From positions 5,458,001-5,522,000 of the forward strand of contig NC_087251.1 of the NCBI RefSeq assembly GCF_037042905.1: a stretch of 64,000 bases of DNA, in the 5' to 3' direction. Below are positions 13,625 through 26,313 of this stretch, piece by piece (positions within the stretch are counted from its first letter, which is position 1; each line of letters opens with the position of its first letter). Under the pieces are notes generated by a model. It was given only the letters and a program-made list of their open reading frames with translations, did no database searches and had not been told where the DNA came from. Both the position numbers and the translations under genes were made by a program. The stretch comes from Lytechinus pictus (lineage: Eukaryota).

Positions 13625-14761
13625 CTCTACCCCTCCCATCCCAAATAAGAGTAGAAATAATCTAATCAAGAACTTGAAAATCAAAAGCAGCAATTAAGAA
13701 GCAAGATTTGATAAATAAAGGTCTGAATAGAATTTCACAAGAAAATAAAAAGAGAAAAAAAGATGGGTAGGGACGGGGAAGGAATAAAAAAAAATACCCA
13801 GAAAAAAAAATCCGAGTTTCGAACCAGGGTCCTCGCACATGACAAAACAATGGCCAGCGCATTTGGCCACAGACCATCGCCCTATCGGGATGGCATTTTT
13901 AAGATATATGAAAGAAAATCCGCTCGCCGCTGTTTCCTAATAATGCTTCGGCAATTCAACTGCAATTTCAGTCATTTTGCGATGGACATTGCCGTGTAAT
14001 TTTTGTGGTTCCTGACTTTGCTACTTAATGAAATTTCATAATTTTTGTTCAGTCATAAAGAAGAATGTCTATGCTTTATATTGATTATAATATTAATGTG
14101 ACGCAAGTGTGATTTCTACGTGAAAATATGCTTTGTTTATTCACATATATTTCTTGAAAAAAAAAATTCTAAGCTAAATATCGGTTACCAAAATACGTTA
14201 AATGTGCACTTTTTTTCACTGTTCAGTAAATTCAAACTTTTATCTATATAACAAGACCAATCTTAAGAGGAATAAACAATTCTAAGAGCAAAAAAACGCT
14301 GATTGGAAAGATCGTCTCCAATGGGCTGCTGTCAGCTCATGCTCACTGCTCATTGTGTGACGTCACTCAGCTGGAGCTCGCAAGAGGACCGGTGGAAGGC
14401 AGAAATATGGCATGAAAATAAATCATTTTTGAGAGCTGATTTCTGCTTTTGAAAAGTGAAGTTATATATCTGATTAGTAATACTTCCCCTTTACAATGAT
14501 GACCACATAAAGTCATTATAAAATACTTTTGATTCTTCGGATGTATACTTTAAGGGTTGTTTTGTTGATTTCCGGGTTAGAATGCAACTGCCCCATTTCA
14601 GTACAAACTTTCAGTTATTTGAATTGTGCTTTACACATTTCTTCTACCAAAATCCCTTTTATATGATTGTGTGTATAAACAAATTGTCATCACTTTATTC
14701 AATATTAAAAAACAAACAAAGGAACGTAGGTGTATGCATAATAAAAATGAAACAAGCCCAG

Positions 14762-14932
14762 GGGATCGTTTCATGAAAGTTGTCAGCACTGACAAGTTGG
14801 CTTTCTCCGACAGTTACCATAATAACAGTTAGAGGCAAGTGCCTCACAGCCAATCAAAACCAAGGATATCACTGAAATTTTCAGCACCGATAATAAATTA
14901 TAGTCAGTGCTGAGAACTTCATAGAACACCCC
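14762..14932. mobile_element. PIF/Harbinger-type MITE
   Basis: Inverted arms GGGATCGTTTCATGAAAGTTGTCAGCACTGAC / GTCAGTGCTGAGAACTTCATAGAACACCCC, flanked by CAG on both sides. Confidence 0.65.
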
Positions 14933-16403
14933 CAGGTCACATGAAACATTAAATTACATGCAGGGCAAAAAATTTGAATTACAGAGAAAAGGAATCACAA
15001 TATAAACAATATAAAAAAAAATAGCAAAATGTAATAGATCAAGTTTTGGGCATAAAAACATAAGCAGATACGTATTTCAAATAAGTGTGTTTGACCCGAT
15101 TCCGGAGAATCGAGCATGAACCATCTCTAAGAGCGGGGGTGCGAGCACCAAGTCCTCATCGCCAGGTTTCAGGGATATGAAATTACTGAATACTGGTGAT
15201 GAGGGCCAAAACAGCTCGACACACCGCTCCCCATGTCAAAGCTTGATCCCCCGGAACCAAACCAAAACACACGTAGTTTGACACAAAATTACAAAGACAT
15301 CGTTAAGGCATATGCGGGGAAAAAACAACAAATTGGATTATAATTTTACTGACAATAAAATATCTCATGAGTTATGTCTATAATAATCTATGATAGATGA
15401 CCTTTAATTGCAATTTGTAGTGTGAGTAAATACAAAATTCATTAAATGTAATGGGTGTTGTTCGACACAGAATGGCAAGACATAGCATCATAATGATCAA
15501 ATAAGAAAGACAGAGAAAAGAAGAGAGTCATTAAGTGTGGGGCAGGCGCCACTCTATTATTCATATAAAAAAAGCTATGATATAATGAAAAAAAATTACG
15601 TCACAATTAATTATCCAGGATTACTTCATTGAGCTAATGAATAGCATGAAATTAGAAGTAGTGACAACCAACAGACATTATTGTTGCAAATGATAACATG
15701 TATTACACATTATACAGCTGTAAATGAATATTGTCTGGCTCCTCTTTTGGGGATTATCAAATGGTTCCATGACAATTGCTCCGCCGACATCTGCTCCGCC
15801 GACAATTGCTACGCAAAATACGACAACTGCTCCGCCGACAATTGCTCCGGACAGTTGCTCCGCCGACAGTTGCTCCGTCGACACTTGCCCCGCCGATATT
15901 TGCTCCGTCGACACTTGCTCCGCCGATATTTGCTCCGTCGACATCTGCTCCGCCGATATTTGCTCCGCCGACAATTGCTCCGCCGATAATTGCTCCGCCG
16001 ACATCTGCTCCGATTACACGACAATTGCTCCGCCGATATTTGCTCCGCCAAAATCTGCTCCGCCAATAATTGCTCCGCCGAAAATTGCTCCGCCGTCATG
16101 TGCTCCGATAATACAATTGCATGAACATATTATACAAATTGTTTTGTTGTTTTTTTTTCTTATTATTCGTTAATGTTTTATTTATTTATTTATTTCTCCC
16201 CTATCATCACAGCTTTCTGCTTAAAAAAAATGTTCTCCCTGCCGCCGCCACTTGACAAATTGTAACGCAAAAGGGGAATGACACCCTCCCCATTGAAATT
16301 GTGAATCTGGATTTTTGTTCATATATTATTATCATTGGTTTCAATCCGGACTTGAGCGGGGAGAGAATGGGGGGGGGGGGGGTGCTGGACACAATATCTC
16401 TTC

Positions 16404-18291
16404 CATAGGCGGATCCAGGGGAGGGGCCGAGGGGCCCGCCCCACAAAAAAAAACTATTGGCGGAGCAAAAAAAAAGATGGAAAAGAGAAGAGTAAAAAGA
16501 AAAGGAGGAAGACGAGTAAATAAAATAAGATGAGGGAAAGACTTGGAAAATAAAAAGAATCTTTCATGTCACTGTATAAAATTGCCTGTTAGGGGATTTT
16601 CATATCTTGTTCAATAATTATGGAGTTCAAATATCAAGTTTGGAAGTCAATATACAAAACATATTTCACCTCGGGAATCGAACTTTCATTATTTTGTGTG
16701 ATTTACAAATTGATTTTTAAAAAGTGCTCTGTAAAAATGTCAGTTTTATGGTCTGATTTTTAATATTTTCTGCTCGCGCTGCGCACTCGCAAATTTTGAT
16801 TTATCAGGTACCTATTATTTTCGTGTATTCCGTAAAGTTTTCAAAATATCCCTTTTCAGGTCTGATTGTCAAAACGTATCAGCTAGCGCTGCACTCGCAT
16901 TTGAATGGAGAGTTATGTATGTCTCAATATTGAATATACAAATAAACTTCTTAAAATCCCCATTTAATGACAGTTTATCAAAAAATTTGGCTCGCGATTT
17001 GCGCTTGCATTAATGGTTAAAAATATATTAACTGACGCATCCTATTCATGACTACAAGAGTGCTTGAAATGTCCAGTTTTCAGACCATAATATCATCAGA
17101 TTTCGTGCCGTCATTAGGCATTAATGAGTAAGATATTAATTTAGAAATTAAATTGTCCCTTTTGTTTTGTCTCACGCTTAGCAAGAGAAATAGGAAAATA
17201 GTCATCATTTTCATATGATGGCATGTCCTAAGGATGTCCCGGTCCTATATGTCAAAACTCAAAGTAATAATAGAACATATCAGCTCTTTATTAAATGCAA
17301 TCCATATCCACCTAACAATTTCCCTACAAAGTGCTTGAAATTGACTCTGTTTTTTAGTCGGAATATCAAAAAGTTTAATCTATTTAAATCATTATCCAGT
17401 TTCAGATCACAATATCAAAAATTTTCTGCTCGCGCTTTGTGCTCGCATTATCAAGTTAGGAAGATCCCATATTACTCATTCTTTTCATGATTTACAAAAC
17501 ATGAATAGAGTGTCCCGTTTTAGGTCTAAATCTCGATGTTTCCGCTCGCGCTTCGCGCTCGTATAAATTGGTTAGTTATATAGCCATCCTGTTCACGATT
17601 ACAAAAATTGATTGAAATTTTCCATTCTTTATGTAGAGATTTCAAAATGATTCAGCACGCGCTTCGCGCTCGCATTATTTGATTGTTGAAATATGTAGCG
17701 TCTTCATGGCTAAGTGCAAGCAGTCCTTAACAGGTACCTTTTCGATCACATTAAATGTATACATATAAAAATTTTCTGCTTGCGCTTTGGGCTCGCATTA
17801 TTAATGTAAGGAAGATCCCCAATTACTCATCCTTTTCATGATTTACAAAACATAGAGTGTCTCGTTCAGTAGGTCTAAATCTCGCGCTCGCATTATTTGA
17901 TTTTTAAAGTATTTAACGTCTTCATGGCTAACTGCAAGCAATATTTAACAGGTACCTTTTCCATCAGTTCATTTCTGCTCGCGCTTCGCGTTCGTAGTAA
18001 TTATTTAGTTGCATACACATCTTTTTCAGGATAACAAACATTGACCAGAATGTTCAAATTTTAGGAAAAATACATAAAATTTCCTTAAAAATTTAGCTCG
18101 CGCTTTGCGCTCGCATTATATGAATAAGGATAATATTATATATTTATGTTGATTTATAATAAAGCTAAGAAGTGATTATTCGGACTACCCCTTCAAAGAG
18201 ACCAAAATCATCATCGAGCGGCCGATCGGGGAAAATATGGTTTAAAAAAACCCGCCCCCCCCCCTATTGGCGAAGGCTGGATCCGCCCCTG
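16404..18291. mobile_element. Non-autonomous TIR element (hAT-like ends) with internal GCTCGCGCTTCGCGCTCGC repeats
   Basis: Ends CATAGGCGGATCCAG / CTGGATCCGCCCCTG. About 10 copies of the internal motif between 16770 and 18115. TSD not clear. Confidence 0.6.
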
Positions 18292-19193
18292 CTCTTATAC
18301 ACCATACATTCGCGCGTTCCCCTCTCTCTCGTTTTGTTCGATCACACTATTTATTTTCATTGGTTACCGCTTGATTTATTTCACATTTATCAGCATTATA
18401 ATTATTAATATTTTTATCAATATTTTTTAATATAATACGTCTTGGGCTTTATCTACCCTTGCACCTTTTTTCATTCAAACGAAAGCATGATCATCACTGG
18501 CGTACATATAGGGGAGGGGCGTGCTAGGGGTCACGGACCCCCCCCCCCCCCATTCTCCCTACCAATAAAAAAAAAGAATAAAGGAAAGGAAACTAAATGT
18601 CATCCTTGTCTGGCCCCCTCCATTTTTTTTTGGCTCATTACGCTACTGGTGAGTTACTATAAGACGAGACTTCGGTTGTATTTTATCATATTATGTGCAA
18701 TAGCAACAATATAAATATATTTCAATAAATGAATATATGTATGTATATCTCTCATAACGTATAAACAAATAATGTTGTTTTTAAAAGAAATAATATATAT
18801 ACATACCAGGAATAATATAGTAACATATTCATGAAACCCAATAACGCATCGCACTGAATTTATAATGCGAGCACGAAGCGCGAGCTGTTATCAACCTGGA
18901 AATGGGACATTTATACGCATTTTTTTTTAAATTGTAAACATGAAGCATACCTATTGAATTTCACCTGGAGCAAATATCTCCACTTCGGAGCATATTTCGC
19001 CAGAGCGATTTTGAAGCTAAGAAGTTTTCTTTGTACTGTTATAATAATTACATGAACACGCGTAATTTTTTTCATTTTAATCACCAGGCACGTAATAAAA
19101 CTTAAACAAATGCCCCCAAGGAATAAGAAATTAAGAATATCTATCCCTCCTTTGTGCTTATCCATTTTTTCTACTTCTTTCTATGTTATGTAT

Positions 19194-19325
19194 CAGGGGC
19201 CGGGAGCTGGGGGGCTTCAGCCCCAATTTTTTTCCAAAACCGTGTACAAAAACGTAAAAATTACCATATGATTGTGATTTTTAGCATGGTCGGCCCCCAC
19301 TTTGAAAACCGTTCCGCGCCCCCTG
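19194..19325. mobile_element. Short MITE CAGGGGC...GCCCCTG (second copy inverted at 58681-58830)
   Basis: TIRs plus a shared body (AAAAATTACCATATGATTGTGATTTTT..CATGGTC) with 58681-58830 in the opposite orientation. Confidence 0.65.
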
Positions 19326-20304
19326 TGTATGTCATGTTATATATCATGCAAGCATAGTTTAAGTTTACTTTGCATTGACGTCTTCATCCTGTGCTACAAT
19401 TGTTACGCGTATGAAAGTACGAATAGATGAATAAATAAATGTCGCATTATCGGAGCAATTTACGGCGGAGCAGAAGTCGGCGGAGCAAATATTGACGGAG
19501 CAGATTTTGGCGGAGCAAATATCGGCGGAGCAATTGTCGTATAATCGGAGCAGATGTCGGCGGAGCAATTATCGGCGGAGCAATTGTCGGCGGAGCAAAT
19601 ATCGGCGGAGCAGATGTCGACGGAGCAAATATCGGCGGAGCAAGTGTCGACGGAGCAAATATCGGCGGAGCAAGTGTCGACGGAGCAACTGTCGGCGGAG
19701 CAACTGTCCGGAGCAATTGTCGGCGGAGCAGTTGTCGTATTTTGCGTAGCAATTGTCGGCGGAGCAGATGTCGGCGAATAAAAGAATAATTTTGCCCTCG
19801 TCCACAGACTCCGACCAATGTGATTCTGTTGCGGGCAATGTATTTGATGTTCCCCTCAAGGCCAATCAATATTATGTAATTATTACCCGTATCAGTCATC
19901 TGAGCTGGTAATTTACAAAACCGTATTGCCCTAGATTTTCTGAATATCGGGAAGGGATAGGTATATTTTTGTAGTTTGCTCGGTCTTTATGCGCGTATTG
20001 ACTTAAATTTTGACATTTTTATATAACGAAAATCCAATTTTGTGATAGATTTTGACATACAATTTAGAAAATAATATTATATTTCACCTACCCCTCTCTA
20101 TTTTTCTTTCCTTTCTCTTTTTTTCTTGGTCGTGAAAAATGGGGGGGGGGGCAAGAGCCCCCCAAGCCCCCCCCCCCCCCATCTGTACGCCAATGCTTAT
20201 CTACCCCTCTCACGTGACGCACGTATGATTATTACAATTTTTTTCCTTCATAAATAGTAACATCTTAAAATTAGAAGAAAAAAAAATTCTCGTTCTAAAG
20301 GGGA

Positions 20305-20827
20305 ACTCGTTAACACACAAAACGGGTCCTTCTCAGGTGAAAGGGGTACAGAACACGTTTGTGAGGGGCACTTTTCTCGGGTAAAAAGGGGCACTGACTC
20401 GAGAAAGGGCACTTACAAGAAGGCAAGGGGCACTTGCTCACACATAAAACGGGTCCTTCTCAGGTGAAAGGGGCACAGAACAGGTTCGTGAGGTGCACTG
20501 ATACAAGAAAGGCACCTATTAGAAGGCAAACAGGCACTTGCTAAAGGCATAAAACGTGTCATTTATAAGGTATGAAAGGGGCACAGAATACGTTCGTGAG
20601 GGGCACTTTATTTGGGTAAAAAAGGAGCACTGATTCGAAAAAGGCACTAACAAGAAGGCAAGGGGCACTTGCTCACACATAAAACGGGTCCTTCTCAGGT
20701 GAAAGGGGCACATTTCACGTTCGTGGGGGGGGGGGCATTTTTCTTGCTTAAAAAGGGACACCTTTTTAGTGCTTCAAAAAGTGGGGGCACTTTGCCCCCG
20801 CCCCCTCCCCCCGGATCGCCGCCCCTG
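20305..20827. repeat. Degenerate ~110-125-bp tandem repeat (about 4 units) ending in a GCCGCCCCTG TIR-like end
   Basis: AAAACGGGTCCTTCTCAGGTGAAAGGGGCACAGAACA recurs at ~20320, 20447, 20551 (degenerate) and 20681. Confidence 0.65.
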
Positions 20828-21074
20828 AATATACGTCATAATAAATACATCACTGGATCCCTAGGGACTCAATGATTACAAGTACGTCAATGGTAAAACG
20901 GAGAGCATGATGGCCCCTGAAATAAACATGACACAGTATAGAACCATATTCATGAAAAAAAATATCTAAATTTTCATGATCAATTTATTTTCTCAGTAAT
21001 TGGATGTTTACTTTTTCATATATTATGCACATTTACATCTATTCGATGTTCGTACAGGTGTTTGTTGGAATGTA

Positions 21075-21260
21075 GTTGATAATAATGATTATTATGATAA
21101 TAATTTTAATGATGATAACAATGATAATAAGTTTTTAGCATTACCATTAATTGTTATTATTAATGTAGTCATCATCATTTTCGTTATCATCATCGTCGTC
21201 GTAATCATAATCATCATCATCATTACCATCATCATCATTATCCCATTCATTATCGTTACG
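21075..21260. repeat. Low-complexity (ATA/ATC/ATT)n trinucleotide tract
   Basis: Degenerate GATAAT and CATCAT runs seen directly. Confidence 0.7.
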
Positions 21261-21872
21261 TTCATATCACTATAAAACTTCCTTTAAAAATTATCAAGTG
21301 AACTATCTAAAGAGAGTAAAAAAGATCTGGGAGCTGAACAAACCCTTCTTGAAAATATCATCGAGTAGGAAACAATTTCATATAAAATTCCGAAAGCCAT
21401 TCATCTGTTTATGATACACTGTAACCCTCTCGCATAAAATATATCCACCTTTTACCTGTATTTTGTTTATTTGACCAAAATTCCCTCCGCTGATAGAGAG
21501 TGTCAATAATTTTAATGACCCTTCAAAAGTGAGGTTCGTTGACTTCAGCAGAGTCTTGGCAGTTAATACGTTGATGAATAATTAAATAATTTGGCCTATC
21601 ATATCGAAGAACCTCATGTATAATTGTCCATCGGTGACTGAAACTCTGCGCGTCGCCGCTGCCCGTATCTCACTTATCCATTCTGGCGTTACTCTCCGTT
21701 CTCTCATCAAATACTCCTCTTTAATCAGTGGTTGCAGTTGGTCTCTGACAAAAACAAAAAACAACTGCATAGCACTCAAAGAGTGGATACACCACTTGTT
21801 TGCCAATATAACGTGAAGGATTGTGTTGAGTTCTTCACTCGCTACATGCCCACTCTAAAATTTCGTGGGTGG

Positions 21873-21912
21873 ATTGGATACCAGCAGCTCACTTTTTTAT
21901 TTTCTATAAAGG
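21873..21912 (+). promoter_or_regulatory. Candidate core promoter of the prokineticin-like gene (inverted CCAAT plus TATA box)
   Basis: ATTGG at 21873-21877 and TATAAAGG at 21905-21912, ~220 bp upstream of the ATG, in sequence with no repeat recognised. Confidence 0.5.
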
Positions 21913-22132
21913 GAACATCGCTGAACCAATAAAGCCACGCATGCTGACAGAAGTATAGAAGATCGTTTTCTAGGAGGCACTGGAGTGAAGAAGTAGATAT
22001 ATTTCTCCTGAAGAGGACTTCACCGCGACAATTTATTCCATGAAAGGTGCAAGACAATAGTGATCCACTCTCCCTTGTCTCTTTCCCGAGCAAAGTCTTG
22101 TTTATTTCTGTATTACTGTGCTGTCTGTCAGC

Positions 22133-22351
22133 ATGTTTTCACCGCAAACGATGTTCTCCCACTGTTTAGCGACGAAAGTTGCCTTTGTAATTTTCGCGTT
22201 TTTTGTGTGCCTGAGTGGGTTAATAATAGAGACGAACTGTTCGCCATTACAGGATGAAACTGTTGATATTGGTGAAAGCTATCATCGAGGCATTCACCCA
22301 AGCTTCTTGGACCTACGGCCACAAATCGATAAAAGGTTTCCCAAAATGCTG
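22133..22351 (+). CDS. Prokineticin/astakine-like secreted peptide precursor, coding exon 1 (signal peptide, propeptide, KR, FPKML)
   Basis: MFSPQTMFSHCLATKVAFVIFAFFVCLSGLIIETNC-SPLQDETVDIGESYHRGIHPSFLDLRPQID-KR-FPKML. Hydrophobic signal and dibasic site. Ends at a consensus donor CTG|GTAAGT in phase 0. Alternative ATG at 22151. Confidence 0.8.
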
Positions 22352-22403
22352 GTAAGTATTCCATTTTGGTTAATCTGTATCCATACTCTGATTTCAACTA
22401 TTA

Positions 22404-22673
22404 TCTAAACGCAAAAGAGCTAAATAAATCTGGTCCATAATCACGTTTCCTTGGAGTGAGATGAACTCACTCATTTTCGAGTTAGATTTTTCATATTTCT
22501 AGAGTGGATTTCACCTCCTTTTTAGAGTGAAATAGTTTTTTTAAAGTGTTTAGTTTACTCCAGAAGGAGCTACAATGCACTCTATAAGGATGTAAAGTTC
22601 ACTCCAAATGGATTGGTCCCTACTAGAGGAGTGTGATTAGGGACTAGATTAGCTCTTATTGCATTTAGAGAGT
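22404..22673. mobile_element. MITE
   Basis: Inverted arms CTAAACGCAAAAGAGCTAA...GGTCCATAATCAC / GTGATTAGGGACTAGATTAGCTCTTATTGCATTTAG. Confidence 0.55.
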
Positions 22674-23982
22674 AAAGACTCGAAACAAAGCTGGTTTTTA
22701 AGTGATGAAGAGGGAATGACAGAGAACATGTTTCGTTTTTGTATTGGGTTTAGTCTGTAAATCAAGTACGTATCTAATGGATCGCCTAGCAAACAGTTCG
22801 TTGCTAACCGGGCTTTGTGAGATTGGTTCCTGGTTTGAAATGAGTAACATTAATTTGTTTACATTATAGGCCTAACATTTTAAAGATATGACAAAGCTGC
22901 AGAGAATTCAAACCTCTGAAGCCCGTCTAGTTTCTCTCATTAGAAATCCCGATGATACTACAAAGAAGGGGATTGGCTCTCCATCAAATTTAGCCAACTG
23001 GTCAAAGTCCTTTTATGGTTATTCCCCAACATAATCATTCTAATTTGATATATACTCCAAATAATTCAAATTTTAATTCATTATTTATTCGGCACTTAAA
23101 CATACATTTATACAAATTACAAAGTCAATTCAATATCAATTGCAATACAAAAGCATAATCATTGTACAAATGTGATGTGACAGTTTTTCAAGTGCATTAG
23201 TTGTCGACCAGAGAACAGAGGAGCAAACTTAATCACTGTAACCACGATAGTCCAGCCGTCCTACCAACCCATGAACTGGTAAAAATAAAGGATTAGGACA
23301 AATGAAATGACATTTATACGTGAAGACAAAAATACATGTAAATACAATAAAGAGATAACGTCTTGAAAGGCAATTTGTTCTACAAATAAACAAAAATGCC
23401 TGTAAAAAAATAAAATAAATAATGTTTAAAAAGTATGGCCTACCAAGCACTGATCCATAATGTGGGATTTTTTTCCAGCTTCTATTCGTTGTAAACCTGC
23501 ATGTATTATTCCGTCATTTAGGTCATAATTAAATACTTATAATCCCATGGGAATGGCATATTCAGCCTAGAATTGAATACAGTTACCTTTATAATTTTAT
23601 TCACTATTCATTTTATTGTATCAGTATTTAAAAGCACGGAGATATAAATACCAGAGAAAGCACAATTGGAGGCTAATTATTAGTACTGTTATTGTTATTA
23701 TCATCATCTTTAATAATAATATTATTTTTATATCAATATTCAGTTATTATTATAATTATCAATGTTCCCTTGTATATACAGACGTACCTTGGAAAATGAC
23801 ACAGAATAACGATATAGCTGACCTATTTGTTATCATGTAGGTTTGTTTGTATAGTACTTGTTTGGTGTGAAGTGCTAGTGCTAAAAAAAACTATACGAAA
23901 TGAGCCAACTTTGCAAGGTCGAGCCATCCAGAAATGGATAGATTCAAACACCGATTCAATTTGCAATATGCGATAAAAAAGA

Positions 23983-24388
23983 GGTTTATTTCCAATTCGT
24001 CCAATTACCAACTCGTCTACTATCATTTGGTCTACCATCAGTTCATCCACTCACCACATGGTCTACTTTCATTTATTCTAAAGCCATTCAGTCTAATAAC
24101 CAATTGGTTAGCCAATAGCCATTCAGTCCATGCACTATTGGTCTAATTGGACTTAGTGTTGAATTGTGAAAAATTGATGAAAATTAAATGAATATTAGAC
24201 CAACTGGTTATCAGAGGAAATGGTCATAGACAAAATAATGATTAAACGAAGCGATGATTGAACCAAAAGGTTAATGGACCAAAATGGTTGTTAGACGAAA
24301 TGTTGATGGATGGAACGACATTAGACTAAATGATAGTAGACCATGTTGTGAGTGGATGAGTAGGCAGTAGTGGAATTGGCAATTTACC
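23983..24388. mobile_element. Small foldback-like MITE with degenerate ~15-bp subunits and GG...CC ends
   Basis: GGTTTATTTCCAATTCGTCCAATTACCAACTCGTC at the left and GGAATTGGCAATTTACC at the right. Mirrored GGTCTA/TAGACC units. Confidence 0.65.
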
Positions 24389-26242
24389 AAAAAGGTATGT
24401 GTTAGAGTAATCAAATTCATTATAATTTTCTCCTCAGAAAAGAAGGTAAAAAGTTATATCTTGGAATTAGTGTCCTCTTTATAACAAAAAATATGACATG
24501 ACATTACACACACAAGTGTATTGTTCCTGAATATCTGTGTAATCACCTAAGCATTCTTATTGACTGAATATTAATGAAGGTTTTTATCGGATATCAGAGT
24601 ACTTGTTTTTAACATATTTTTAATGGTCGTTAATAATGCACCGCACTTTTCAAGATGATAACTAAACCATAAACTCATTCGGTTTTATTAAATGATTTAA
24701 AATTTACAATCATAAATAACATGGTCCAAACGAATATATATTAAGAAGGTGTGTTGTATGATATCAATTGTGTAGTTTTTTTTCCTGCTTTATGTTTACA
24801 CGTATTTCTATATTAGGGACCCCTCTGTAAAACAGCGTTGATATGTTATCAACGCTGTTTTATTATTGTAAATATATGTCTTTCTTTTAAAGTAAAATAT
24901 ATACAATACAATACAATACAAAGTGAAATTTAACTTGTGCTTAACATTATTTATAATACACATGATATATATTTTTACACATAAAACCCCCGGGTTAGTC
25001 AGTAAATGCAATAACATTCAAATCAAGCGAAGAACCGTGATTTAACTATCGTAATTAAACTCAAGGGGAAAATTGAGTAAAACTCAGCATCATCGGGATG
25101 TTCATTCATTTTTCCCTGGAGCTTAACGTTCGCTCTTATAGTCTCCATTCAAACATCATTGCAAGCTGGTATTCGTAAATAATCAAATTATGTCTCATTG
25201 ATAAATTCTGAAGAAGCGGATGACCATTGTCTGAATTTACAAAAACAAAATGAATTAAATTGAGGTTTAATTTCAGCAAAGAGTCTGATTGTTATTGCAT
25301 AGATTCGTCAAAAATGCACATATTTATTTTGTGATCTGGTCTGTAATTGTGGTTGCTTGTCAGAGACAGAATAGGCTTGGACTTCGCGATGAGTTACAAT
25401 ATCATCCCGGGATATTGAATTTTGTCTACGAGCTTAAAGGCCAATATCAGCTTTACTCTTACCTTAATTCTGACATTCAATAAATCTATAGATCTATCTA
25501 TCCATTGATTTATCAATTTATCTATTCATCCAGTTGTCCCCTTCTAGGATCCATGTATTCAAATGCATCTTTTATCACCTACAACTAACATGACTTTAAC
25601 ATGAATGTGCAATAGTTAATGTTTGTATACAGGGCATACCTAATTACCCACATCTTTTTTGTTGCTATTTGTAATGATGTGGGAAATAATAGAATTTTGT
25701 TTTGTTATCTTCTTTTTTCTATACTTTTCTTTCCGCTTTCTATCAATTGTTTATAGTGCATTTCATTTAACATTTTGGATTTCATGAATCCACCATTTAT
25801 CAATATCTCTTTCACCAAAACACCCAGTCCCTCTCCTCTCTCTTATTTTCATCTACCTTAACACCGATGCTATTGTGATATTTAATATTGCAACCCACCG
25901 TTCTATTCCATCCAGTGAGTCAAGCTTTTTTCTAACTCTTCTTTAACCCAGATATTAAATTATCTTTTTAACGGCCTTCACCTCTATGGAACAGGTGAAC
26001 AGAATCTAACATGGGTGTCTTCGTAATCTACCTGTAATTGATTTGAGACCTTTGATAAAAAGTGAGGTAGCATATTCTGCTGCTACAATAGTACGAGACG
26101 TACCCAGAATATATTTGTATTTACGTATGCATTTTTAGTGAAGATATTTCAAATATTTTACTAAATATTAGTTACTTCTGATATCAACATAATTTAGGCA
26201 TAGACATTTCTGACGATAATGATGATGATAAAAAGATAAGGA

Positions 26243-26313
26243 TACTACAACTACTACTACTACTACTACTACTACTACTGCTACTACTACTACTATACTA
26301 CTATACTACTACT
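26243..26313. repeat. (CTA)n microsatellite
   Basis: Seen directly. Confidence 0.9.

Larger units (their letters stand above)
10991..14553. mobile_element. Kolobok-like non-autonomous DNA transposon, ~3.56 kb, TTAA TSD
   Basis: TTAAAGTATACATCCAAAGA at 10991 and TCTTCGGATGTATACTTTAA ending at 14553 form a 19/20 inverted match. Ends are TTAA|AG...CT|TTAA. TGACGTCA lies ~190-210 bp inside each end. No transposase ORF found. Confidence 0.75.
15763..19776. mobile_element. Foldback (TU-like or Mutator-like) element, ~4 kb, with ~330-bp inverted arms of 15-bp repeats; right terminus truncated
   Basis: (TGCTCCGCCGACAAT)n variants at 15771-16110 and a near-identical reverse complement at 19443-19776, with the same order of variant units. 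The outer ~19 bp (GGTTCCATGACAATTGCTC) are missing on the right. Confidence 0.85.

Noticed and set aside
13808..13880. tRNA-like sequence on the minus strand with a B box (GGTTCGAAAC)
   Set aside because: No convincing cloverleaf. Probably a decayed repeat fragment.
15678..16173. Repetitive ORFs (SAEQL, LLRR, CSADI) here and at 19365-19899
   Set aside because: They are translations of the 15-bp repeat arms, open in several frames on both strands.
21000..21275. Hydrophobic poly-Ile ORF resembling a membrane protein (similarly the Phe-rich ORFs at 39087-39533)
   Set aside because: They are translations of low-complexity tracts.
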